This document shows, one piece after another, positions 52,434 through 64,000 of a stretch of 64,000 bases of DNA (position 1 is the first letter of the stretch; the number at the start of each line of letters is the position of its first letter). The stretch is taken from positions 26,350,001 through 26,414,000 of the forward strand of contig OZ249441.1 in the NCBI GenBank assembly GCA_965235115.1. The letters run 5' to 3'. The position numbers were made by a program, and so were the translations under genes. The notes under the pieces are model-generated. The model did not search any database. It saw only the letters and a program-made list of their open reading frames with translations, and was not told where the DNA came from. The stretch is from Laetmonice hystrix (Eukaryota).

Positions 52434-52839
52434 GACCCATAATCTACTGTAATAGTAGGGGTGCAAATTATGGACGCAAAACTGTGGTGTTGGTATCAAT
52501 CCTTTTATAAATGATTTTGGTGTATTATATTGGACAACAATGCCAAAGTAATCCTGGACATTCTTTTGTATTTCCTGTCAAAGAGAATTATAAATGGAAT
52601 CAGAATTGCTCAAAGAGTTTCTAAAGATACCAGTCAGCAATATCATTTCGCCGGAAGCATGGAGTAATGTAGTATTACATTGACGAGAGCTAGTGGTACA
52701 TTGACGAAAGCCGCCTGTGTTTACCTTCAGCGACAAATAGACACCGCTGGTTCGGTATGAATTTGCGGAGAGCTGAGGGAAATAACGGTAAACTTCACGG
52801 TTCCCCGAGATTCCCCGAGAGTGGCCTGGCTGGCATGAA

Positions 52840-52864
52840 GGACGGACGGACGGACTGACGGACG
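52840..52864. repeat. (GACG)n tetranucleotide microsatellite
   Basis: GGACGGACGGACGGACTGACGGACG. Confidence 0.8.
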
Positions 52865-55800
52865 CGGGATAGAGGGCGAACTAATGTCAACGAATGGTGT
52901 ACAAACACACCGCTCGCTCAGATGAATGGGTTATCAAACAAACATAGCGAAAAAAAAGGAATGGGGCGGGCCATCGACCGGGTGCTGTTGTAATTTATAC
53001 CCTCCTTGAATGGCGACGTTTCTCTGGTAACCGCTAACCGGTATCGTGGCGATGTGCCGAGAGCTCAGTCGTCCCCCTGGCTTCAATATTGTCGGAGAAC
53101 TCATGTGGCGTTTTATTATGGAGGAGGAGGTGCAGGCGCGCATGGTGCGGGGACGTGTATATACGTCCAAGGAGGGTGAGATGCCATCAAGGGGAGGGGT
53201 GGAAGGGAGCCCTGTCGACTTGGACTTCTCTGTTCTGTTAGCTCACCCGGATCACGCTACCTCCTTTGTAGTGATTGACAGGACGAGACTATCGGAGAAT
53301 GCCTTACAACAGTGACTACAAGAGATGCGCGTGGTCAGGTGCTAAGTGCCTCACCACGACCACTAACACACAGAGAAATGGGATCTGGGACATTAGATAG
53401 AGATAGGAGACCACATATAGTCGGTGGCCAGGCAACACATCGGAGGTGGCATGTCGTACAAGAGAGTGCGTGCACATCAGGGTTGTAATGAGACGACACC
53501 TCCCCCCAACGTTTAACTGAATATCTCGGTGAGGTTTTCACGGAGACTGATGATTCTAGGATACTCAAACAAACCGCAGTCTGCATGGCATACTGTGGCT
53601 TCTGTTTTGGGGTTTACTAATGTATGGTCAGACGTTCCTTGTCGGAACAGCGTGGTTGGGGTCCATAGCCGGGTCGCGTCGGGTCAGGGGTGGGGTCAGG
53701 GGGCAAGAACCTTCCGTTGGCATCAACTTTCTTTCTTTCTTTTTTGTTCTTTCATATAGCATAGTTTCCTGAATCGATACTCTGTGGACACCCCCTTTTT
53801 TGACATGAGTAATGTGAACTGGCCGCAGCATGATCTTAACCGGGCCTATAGCATACGGACTTCTTCTAGATCGTATGGACACCATAATACAGCAGTCCGA
53901 GCAATACATCAAGTCAGAGAGTTGATAGAGACTGAGTGAAGGCATTGGTCCGCTGGAGGTGCGGCCATCTGACAGCCTTGCACGAGGCATCACCGGGAAC
54001 TGTGCCTCATGTTGTAGCAGAAACATTCTAATCTCTAACGACCCTCTTCCGATGAGGTACATTTTGCCGATGGGGTCAAAACTCAATAACCGTTTAGTGA
54101 ATCCGGGTTCGAACCCCCTAAAATTTTACAGATGCATGGGGGTCCGGCATATCATGTCTTTCTTAAGAGCAAGAGTTGCTTTTTCACACCTGAATGTACT
54201 CGGGATAATAAACGTGATATAAAATTGGGTTGGACAGGGAGGCATACGTAAACGTGAATCAGTTTTCACCATGCATGCCTGGCTGACAACCTGACCGCCA
54301 TTTAAGAAAAACTCGATTCATGCACCGCCTGAGAGTGACGCTTGTTTATAAGTTATTGAATTTCATAGTGATATATTGAGTTAAAAATCCCCTTGTTGTC
54401 CAATGTGATAAAAAGAAAAATCTTAGGGAGGCTGGAGACAGGTGTAAAAGGTGTGTACGCCATGAACCCGATAAACTAATATAGCGGAGGAGACCGTAAA
54501 TCACCGTTTAGCACCATGGAGTGGGTACCTAATCCGACGTCACCACGATTAATGACAGCCGCATTGATTAACGAGAACTAATTATCTTTTCGCAAAGATG
54601 CAGAAGGATTAATTAAGGATAGAAACGAAAGGGTTAAAGGACGAGGGAGGGGGGTTAATTCTGGAAACCCGGGTAAAACGAGCGTGTTAGCTCCGCGCGA
54701 GGGAAGTTTCAGACTAGGAAATTACGTCCATTTTTTGTTGTTGTCAATTGATATTTACAGATGCTTCGCAACGGGCCAAAAAAGGATATAAGTCACTGTT
54801 TGGATTTTTCCGGAGCATGATAATTCTCGGAAGGTAAAACTACATTAGATAATAACACGTGGAGAAACTGGTTGACTCACTATCTAAGTCTGTTAAAGTC
54901 ATTAAGGTGGCCTGACGTGATCCTTGGCACAGCAGGACAGCTACCCATGAGGTGTCTTCCGAACATGCTGACCCTGGGAGGACTTATCTCCGTGTTTGAA
55001 AGGCTCGCCTGTGCGTTGACACCCCCTCTAGAGTCAGCGCTGCTATTTGAATTAGCGGTCCGCTCTCGAAACTACTTTTTACCCTGAATCTCATACCCTG
55101 AGCCCGCCTTTAAACACTTGAGTGAGATTTGTCCGGCAGGGGTTATTTATCAGTGGGAGTATAGGTTGTCTATATCCACCCCATCCTGGGGGACACGATA
55201 GAGCAGGTCCCACCCCTTACAGCATGGCAGTTGCAGCGACCGTGAACGACCGGAGCCGGGCCGGGTGGTGTTCGTGATACGGCAGGCAGGGCGCGGGCCG
55301 GGTCCGGGCCCCGATGGATTCAGCATCTGTCGGGGAGTGAGTGGAAGGAGGGACTGAGGTCTGACATTGTCGCCTCCAAGGGTCTCTGAGGGGCACAACC
55401 CCTGCCAAACCAACTCTATCAGACTGACACATGAGGCACGACTCCCTCTTGTAGGAACCGTTCCAGATGATGTCGCATCAGATAGCTATATTTTACGATA
55501 CTCAAGTGATCTTTGCTCCGCAAAATGGCCTCATTCCCTTGTCCATATTTGAAATTCATCTTCATCGGGCGTATATGGGAAATGGGATTTGCTGATACGT
55601 ATTATATGAGCTAAAGAAGTCTTCTTTCACAGTGGGTATGATACGGGAAGTTGGGGGTCATACTAACATTTCAGTGAGGTACATAATCCCACATTCGATT
55701 ACTAAAGATTTATCCTCGCACAGGAAAAAACTTTGTTGGCCAACGTAAAAAGGACCATTGCAAAATTTATAAAGGAAAGCGTAAAATTCCGGAGCGAAGT

Positions 55801-56419
55801 GTGCAAAGTGGAGCTATTGCCCTTGGGGCAGGAATGATGTCGGCAGCTTCGAATGTTATGGAATTACTTTTTTCCCCGTCTCAACAGGCAAAGGAATTCA
55901 AGAGGCGCGTTAACAGTATAGCTGTTGTCGGTGCTTGTTACAGGACGTCAGGAAAGAGCAGAGCTTTTGCTAATGCTCTTAAAGGATAATTACATTTGTA
56001 CAGATAAAGCACAGCATTTACTTGTCGTTGAACAGGGAGTTGTTTTTTTAAAAGATAACATTGGCCTACTTGTGTGAAGGAGATGTTTAGTCTCCTACGG
56101 TCGGGCAGACATTTCAACTGTCAGGTAGTTGGGAAAACGTGACCTGTTATAGATACGTGTCTAGCTAACATTATAATCTGTATATCTAGTCAGTGGTGAG
56201 TTTTATTATTAGTATTAACGGTCGGTTAGACAATAATTGATATATCTGTCACTCACTCATGTCGTTTTCCCAGTTACTGACTATGATATAACACAACACG
56301 GCGACAACATGTTTCCGCGCTTGTTCTCATGAACAGCGACATCTGGCGGTAATAGCCCCCCTTCTCACAGAAGCCGGCATAACCAAGGTGGATGTCGACT
56401 CTGTAGCGACCATGTGTTA

Positions 56420-56620
56420 GGATGGACCATTTGACATAGAGGAGGGGGTCCAATCTTTCTGCCTGCATTTCTTTTTAAATTTCCAAACCCACACGTATTT
56501 TTCGCTCGTGATTTAAAATAAATGGTGAAAATACCCCCCTCCTAACGTTACTGCTGAACAAAGTTGTCTGGGTAAAAAACCCAACCCCATAACCCACCCC
56601 TGCCTCCAATGGTCGCCCCC
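56420..56620. mobile_element. PIF/Harbinger (Tourist-like) MITE, ~201 bp
   Basis: Flanked by TTA on both sides (56417-56419 and 56621-56623). The imperfect TIRs are GGATGGACCATT and the reverse complement of AATGGTCGCCCCC (GGGGGCGACCATT), with a G-rich tract inside the left end and a C-rich tract inside the right. A 3-bp TTA/TAA TSD is the established PIF/Harbinger signature. Confidence 0.5.
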
Positions 56621-57630
56621 TTACTTGTGGAGGCCGGCTTGTCACTTGGATTCACCATCCAATGGTTTAATCAGAACTCTCTGCCCTGACTCCGCGGCTG
56701 TGTTTAATTTGTAGCAGATGGTTATGTCGACTTATCACTGCTACTCATGTGAGCGATACTGATAGCCAAACTCTGCCCAGCCGTGAGCAATTGCTTAACC
56801 TACCGCAAATGACAATCTCCACCAACTGGGGGAACTCGAAATGGACGTCACGTGAAGGAAGTGCGTTTTTTTAAACAATGACGTTCTTGCTTCTGATTGG
56901 CTGGTCTAAGCAGACCAGTCAACCAGAAGTGTTAAAAAAGCTGAAACCCCGACCCTGATGTTGCCATATAGTCTAAGGCCCACTATGAGATATTTCAAAT
57001 TAATTTTATCCTTCACCCTGCCTCCCAGACAACCATGACGATATATATATGCCAATTTATCCCTGAATTCTTTCTCCTATTACATACAGGATAAAGTGGC
57101 ATACCCAACATATTGATAGTCCGTACCAACATGTCTGATATAAGAAAAAAACTGAAGTGATAGGTGAGCGAGGCATGAAGACATATTCATGCAATCGACC
57201 GAGATGTTATGACCACCGGTCACCCGTGGAGGCCGATACGATAAACCAAGATCTGCTCATTAGTCGTCCACAGGGCTCCCGACCTGTCACAACTCATTAG
57301 TCATATCTATTTCCGAGGCGAGGGCAATGCCTCTTCTTGATTTGGCCGACATTTGTCAAGAGCTGGAAATAAAGCACCACTACGAAATCACAAGAATTTC
57401 CATCGCACAGAAGTCAAGAGTAGTAAATGTCGATCTCTGAACGAACTCTAAAATACCACCAGCATTTCTGTCGTATCCATATATGATAACGAACACATTG
57501 GTATTTATGTAATTCCCTTAGCGACAGTGACACCAACCTAGAAAAATGGGTGTTCACCTTTGCCAAGCGGGTTCGAATTGGCGAATGTTTACAAATAGTC
57601 AGGGAACTTTGGTGCACTTACTTTGTTTAG

Positions 57631-57634
<4 letters not shown>

Positions 57635-57707
<73 letters not shown>
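57635..57707. repeat. (CT)36 microsatellite
   Basis: Directly visible. Confidence 0.98.
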
Positions 57708-57709
<2 letters not shown>

Positions 57710-57942
57710 ATTTGCGACCATATGCCAACGTGTCCATGTACGTTACCACTGGTTGTTTGCTGGAGACTGTTGATAGATATTATTTGCAATGTTACTCTAA
57801 TAGCATTTTTTTCTTTCATCGTACACTTCTTTATAATTGTCAATGGACACATTCACAGAAGGAGAATCTACGAACCGAACGGTGCATTACAAGTTTACAG
57901 AGCTGGGGTTTCGAGACCCGACCTGGCCTGGCTCTGCCATCA

Positions 57943-57959
57943 GCAGCGCCCCCTGGCGG
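57943..57959 (-). promoter_or_regulatory. Canonical CTCF-like motif
   Basis: The minus strand reads CCGCCAGGGGGCGCTGC, matching the bilaterian CTCF core CC(A/G)C(C/T)AG(A/G)(G/T)GGC(A/G)C. Confidence 0.35.
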
Positions 57960-60900
57960 AGGTCAGACATGCCTGTAAATGACAGGAGGTGAAACAGAGC
58001 CATCAACCAGCTGTGGATGCCATCGGCGAGGATAGACGTCGTCGTCTTTGAAAACCGTACACCACCTCAAGTCAAACAAACTTTTGTGTTAGACTTTCTT
58101 GTAACGAGTTGGCAAGAGGCCAAGTTTTTAACGATGCCGATACAGCCATGAGACTATGTGTATCCACATTTCTATCTCAAATATGCAATAAAAGCAGCAT
58201 TAACCTAATCACACTTAATAAAACACCTAAATGTCTTTAATTTAAATATAGACAACACTTTTAATGGGTGGATATACAACAGAATTATAAGTTTATTTGA
58301 AATTTATTGCACCCCATCCCCCCGAAAGTTACATGACTGTTACCTAAAACAGTTTTTCTTTTCTTTCCATGCCGGAGTGATTTCCTTTGAGGTCTAGCGA
58401 GATTCGTATCTTATCTCCGTTTGCCTTGTTAGCAGGCTCGACATGTCGGGACTGCAGACTCGTTTCTCTCTGTTATCGTTGTGCGCGTCTGTCGTTTTGT
58501 CCCATCCTCAGACAATCAAGACACTTAAACCTTGGGCCAACTTGAAAGTTAACTTGACTTATTGCCCGGGGCGACGGAATTCCGTCTCGTGAGGGGATCG
58601 TGTACAGGAACCTTGATCGGTGGGCCCACTTGGGTATCACATATGGCGCTCGCATTTCAAAATGCAAAATGTTATGCTCTGTTAGCGAGCTAAATTGACG
58701 TTATATTTAAAGCACAATAACCGACAATGCTCGGTCGGTCTCGGAGATGGTCGGAGACGGACGGCCCCGCGGTCGTTTGAAGTTAAACGTGCTATCTTCT
58801 CAAGGATTTGTTTATCTGATCAGATAAGGAGCAGACGGTGCAAGAGCCGACGCTTCGCAAGGATGTGGAGGGATGGCGGGCATTTGCAGGCAGACAGTGG
58901 GGCGCATTGTTATTTTCAGCGTAGCGAGGATTGGGTATATCGTTGGTCTGACGGACGACTGCAGCTGTAGGGTTATATACTGGTTTTGTTCAAGCCGTTT
59001 GACAGGGTCTTTGACCTCTCCATTCGGGGGTGGGTAATCAAACCCCAGGCATCGTTTTCATTCAATAAATATATCAGGCACAAAGGCATTTAAATGTTGA
59101 CGGGCAATATGGTAAAAAAATGGGGGTGTCCGAAAACAGAACCAAGCTGTGGACAAAATTAGCCAAACGTGTATAAATTAATGTGTCGATATTGTTCTGA
59201 CAAAAAATATATATAGGGTAACATTCCTTACTTGATAATTACGCAAAGCTTAATAAGAAAGAAATACCTGTTGGGAAGAATGGCTTTATTGATGCCCCCC
59301 CCCCCCCGCCCCCAAGTAGGCCTATGTATGGAAAAACCTTGCCCCTTTTTGGAAACGTCAAGATGTATAAAAGATGGGGGCGTGAGGTGTAGTTGAAGAT
59401 GGCGGTACAGTTTATCCTGACCCCCCCCCCCCACACACACACACAGACAACTCCCAGGTGTGCGGTATACCTGTGAAACCTAACACTTGCCGTGTGACGG
59501 ATCGTCACAGACGTGTGACGGATCGTCCTAGACCACCGGGACTGCGTGACGTGCCACCGCAGGGTCCCGGGGAGAACACAATCGGTGGGCAGGTCAGACG
59601 ATACGTTTACAGTTCCGTGGATAGCTCGAGTTAACACGGATATTATTATTCCACAGGGCACTTTTCCACTGCACGCTATTTGGCGGCATGCTTTGGAACT
59701 ATAGCATGCATGCTTACACCGTTTGTTATAGGTTTAAAAAAATACTTTTTCCATTCTTTTGTTACGAGAGGAAAACTCGGCCAAAACGGTGTAGTAATCT
59801 ACAGGATTGTAATTAGGATGTGTTGACGGAAGAGAAACAAAGCAAGGTGGGGGAAAAACGACGTGTTTGTTGTCGTGTTAGTCTGTGTAATAGAGAACAA
59901 GTCGTGGTTGGCTTCCCTTGTGTTCCTCGTCATCGAGTGGTGAGTAACGTGAACAGTTACCGTTGTGCTGTCACGTTAACCTCTTCAAACCACATTTGAC
60001 GATCTGTTCCAGGAACCATGCCTCCCCCCGCCACCCTCACCCCACCCCCATCCCATTCCTCAAATTTTGCATGACGGTCGACGCCCCTGGGGGCTTGGTA
60101 TACCCTTTTCGTTCGCTGTTACACATTTATCCATTTCAACCTAGGCGGGCTTGTTTCAGTGACGCAGACGGGTACTAGTGGTTGAAAGGGGGCGTATTTT
60201 GTTCCCGCCCCAAACAAAGGCACATTGTAAGGGGTGCACGACCTGTCGGGCACCTGACCGTCCATCAAGTCTTTCCATGTGATTTCATCTATATCACCTC
60301 GCCCCCTCCCCAACCCCCAACCCCCGCCACCTTCCCGACCATAGACACACAGTCTCCACTCGATTCGGTAAATCTACATCTTGATCTCTTATAGTCAAAC
60401 AAATCAAATGATATATAACCAAACTGGGGCGTTTGTAAGACAGGGGGAACGAATCAGACACGCACCTCTCAACTGGGCAATCCACCATGATAATTGGACA
60501 AGTGACAGGCGAGTAAGGTATTCAGAGCTAAGTTCGAAAAAAACATTCCTCCAAGGGTATATGTATTCTTCTCAATGTCACCTGGAGTTTGGGGCGTGGT
60601 ACTGAAGTAAGATCGTTAGGTACAGCCTTGAGATTCGGTCGGTTTTGTGTTATACAACACTTCTTCTTGCAGCGTGATGACAGAAAGCGATCTGTGGAGT
60701 TTGAAACGAATCACCGCTGAACGGAAGCGAAACAGTACCAGAAAGGGGGGAAACCGGAAGGCAGATGCAAGGAATTCAAGGAGAGCTCTTTTTGAAAATT
60801 ATGCTTCATGAATCACTGCGAGATATTTCATTTATCGTTCTCACAGCTGCTCCTGGATTTAGACCGTTCCGTAGCATTCCGAGTTTGTAAGCACGTGCGT

Positions 60901-62483
60901 GGTTGTACGTGTAATGTCATAGGGATGAACCTGTCCGCATGACCTCCGGTACGCAAAGGTCAAGGTTTATCTCAGTAGCCAGAACCATTTGAGTTCACCA
61001 CGGGCCCTTGCCTAAAGGGTCGAGGGGTCGGCACCCCCTGGAGAGGTTTTCGTCTCCACCAGAAATTCTCATGGCAACATTATTTCTGAATCACTCTACG
61101 CCGAATTACACCGAAGGTTCTCCAATGTGCAGCCAAGGTAAAAGACAAGAGAACTAATCAATTAAACCAATTAAACAAGAAAGTAGAAATTTAATCAAGT
61201 ATCGTCCTACAACCTGTTCGTTCAGTTCTCGCCAAGTCCTGATCACCTCATGGAACTGAACTGGAGCTGTATTCAAATATCAAAGTAGGCTTTAATCAAA
61301 AGGTTTATAACACAATGCAAAATATCATTTAGAACTTTCTTCAGTTCAAGTGGCGTCTCATCTCGTTTGCAAACTTCAAGTATAACCTAGCAGGGGTGCA
61401 GTGTTATCTGACTCTGGCTTTCCAGCAAGGGATTTAGATAGTAAAAGATTCAGTCATAATTTATTGCAATATCCCTGGTATGTCAGAATGTAGGGGTGGT
61501 TTTATCTGAGGCCATCGTAGACTCGGCCCCCAACAGGCCGAGTTTTTGTGTACGTGACAGACACGTCTGTAACTCGACGCCCGCTATCGGTGTTAGATCA
61601 CCAGAACATACGTCAGAAGTTATCATCGAGTTTTGGGGGCGGATGGTTTCGATATGTAACTAACATGAACAAGGAGGAAAATGGATGAGCCAACCCTTGC
61701 CACACACAGTGAGTGGATACATAACGGAGCTGGCTTCGTATACACCGTATACCTACATGATTATAGAGAAACGCAGGCCTCCCTTTCCTCTCTGATGTCT
61801 TTCTTTTAATTCGGACATGACACGAAAACGCCATTCGCCAGCCGTCATGTCGAATTGGCCAGGGAGGACAAGGGGCGTGTCCCAAGCACGAACCGAGATT
61901 ATAAAAGGCAGCTCCCTAATCCAGGTGGGTGGTATAGAGGGTTGTAAATCACCGTGGCCTTTATCAGTGATGTTAACCTATATGATGAATGCGTGCTATT
62001 ATTACTCACATTGAGGAGATACGAACAGCAAATCATGCAGGTCCTGTCATGATTAGGCCAGTATATCAAAGACATGTAGGCCTAAGGCGTTCGCCATGCC
62101 TCATTGTCAGTCATTACCGAAGGCTGGGAAAAGATTCAAAGTTTGACATCAATGTGTCCGGAATCACAGTGAATATTATGTCAATAAATGATATTTCTCT
62201 TTTCCACCAGTTCCCATGGCCATCGGTTTCTTTAAGGCTTGACATAGAGATGCGGGATTTTTACAAAAGTCGAGGGGAAACCAGTCCCTAGAAATCCACA
62301 AAGGACCCTTTAGGCTAAGTTAGATCCTGATGTAGCCCCCGCCAATCATCCCCCAGAATCGCACCCATCGTTGGTTTCTTATTCACAACATTACTGTGTA
62401 TTTCTTATTTCTTTACCCTTTTGTTTCTCATGATGAGCTATAGACTGGGTGTATTATTAAATGGTCTGCCCAGTTTGGGCGAA

Positions 62484-62674
62484 CAGTGTCGGATCTCGCG
62501 GAGGGGACGGCGTAGGGCGGGAGTGGGGGGTCGTTAGCCCCTCATCTGACTTAGTCCTACTAAAATTAAGATTATTTTCTGTGGAAAATTACCCCACAAG
62601 GGCGGTGAGCCAGTAGCTAGCCGGTCTAGCCCCCCTTTCAATAATTTCATTGTATAATCCTGGTTCCGCCTCTG
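62484..62674. mobile_element. Diverged MITE-like element of similar architecture (CAG...CGGATC / G-TCCG...CTG ends)
   Basis: CAGTGTCGGATC vs the reverse complement of the right end, CAGAGGCGGAAC (9/12), with G-rich left and C-rich right subtermini. Confidence 0.3.
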
Positions 62675-64000
62675 CCGAGTGCAGCAGCGCATGTGCAAGG
62701 TCGCTCCCTCATTCCCTTGTCACCCCCCGTCCTGCTATATATCCCATCTAAGAGATTACATATCCATCGTCCTGCACTTTATCACAGTAAATTAGATGGA
62801 CGGGCTCGCATCGATAGGTGATCCTGCATTGTTCGGAATGGAACACCAGAATGATGGGGCACTTATTCTATATAGCAGTTCAGTGTTTGCCGGGTATAGT
62901 CACGCCAACCTCTGGCAGGACGATTATTACTGGCGGTGGTCGCCATGTAGCTGGGTAAAGCCAATTGACCCGCTGTCAGTCCGCTGGGGTTTAGTGGGCG
63001 GAGGTCCTCAGAGAAGAAATCCTAGTCTATGTGGAGGTCAGTGATCCTATCGACAAAGTGAACACTGATATGGGTTGATTATTCCAGCACTTCTCTCTAC
63101 TCGGGAACTCCCCGGTTGGCCAGGTTGTCAGTGTTTATAAATTATTAGTCGATCCTCACATTTACTTGTGGGTGTTGATTAGACTAACAGACCTCAATTT
63201 ACACGAGCCTCTGTTTTTCAGTCACAATGTATATTATCTACATAATATGGGTCGCTTGTTCCATTTTCTAGGGCGTCGTCTCTAATCTATTATATCTAGT
63301 GTTGCTAGGATTCAGAAGCTTGCTCCCTCTAGCAATCATGTTTTATGTACCTTTATCTCAGATATCCTATATAAGCCGTTTATCCTTCACAAAAGAAACA
63401 TTCCTAGCTCAGCGTTCTTTAAATCCCAAAGGCACAGTGTCAGAATGAACGGTCCTACGTCACTGCAATTTGATACGTCCATATTCCAGGGAAATAGTCT
63501 AAATGATTTATGATGCTGTCTTTCTTCGTTTTCAGTTGGGCACCGTTCTATTATATAGGTGTACGTCATTCTAGACATAACAACCGGTCGTTTATATACA
63601 ACGTTTATATATTAACGACCGAACACTCACTTATCTCCTTCCCTACCTCAACATAACATCCTCGCTCAGACCCACTGTCAATAACGTTACAACCACCAAC
63701 ACGCAATCTTTCTAGACCATTTGTATTACACAGGCCAATCTCTCTTAATCGGGGTCCTTTAACAATTTTTCTTATGATTTATTGGGCTTTTTTCAGGACC
63801 AGAGATGACTGGATTTCAAACGGAGTTGCCCTGCCTCCCTGTGCAAGGTTTTAATCTGATAACCTCTTTGGCTGTCCCCGGCAGTTGGAGTGTTAGGTAA
63901 GCGCCACTCACATCCATGTCGAAGATTAAGAATCCTTTGAAATACGACCGAAAAGGTTCTTTGTTGACAAACTCGTCCCAGTAGCCAGTTGACGAGAGGT

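Noticed and set aside
54103-54117. tRNA/SINE B-box-like CCGGGTTCGAACCCC
   Set aside because: No A-box, acceptor stem or cloverleaf could be built around it.
63586-63620. Imperfect hairpin GGTCGTTTATATA...TATATTAACGACC
   Set aside because: Much of the pairing comes from self-complementary TA repeats; no TSD or other support.

Overview
Eukaryotic (animal) genomic DNA from a draft assembly with three N gaps. It is probably a lophotrochozoan-type invertebrate, judged only from my recollection of similar Frizzled proteins. The only gene I can recognise is an intronless Frizzled of the Fz9/10 subfamily (40330-42189, +), in what is otherwise a ~62-kb gene-poor landscape. That landscape holds three minisatellite arrays (23-, 66- and 25-bp units), microsatellites and short duplications, several small TIR/TSD-bounded MITE-like elements, and a frameshifted THAP-domain remnant. 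It also has a 2-kb cluster of TAGGCCTA palindromes with CTCF-like motifs, two orphan promoter/first-exon-like sites, and a ~96-nt hairpin whose mismatches are mostly G-U pairs on the minus strand. I found no prokaryotic genes, CRISPR array, rRNA or tRNA. I cannot support a claim of a complete new biological system. The best leads are small non-coding structures, and most findings are inference that needs database or expression checks.
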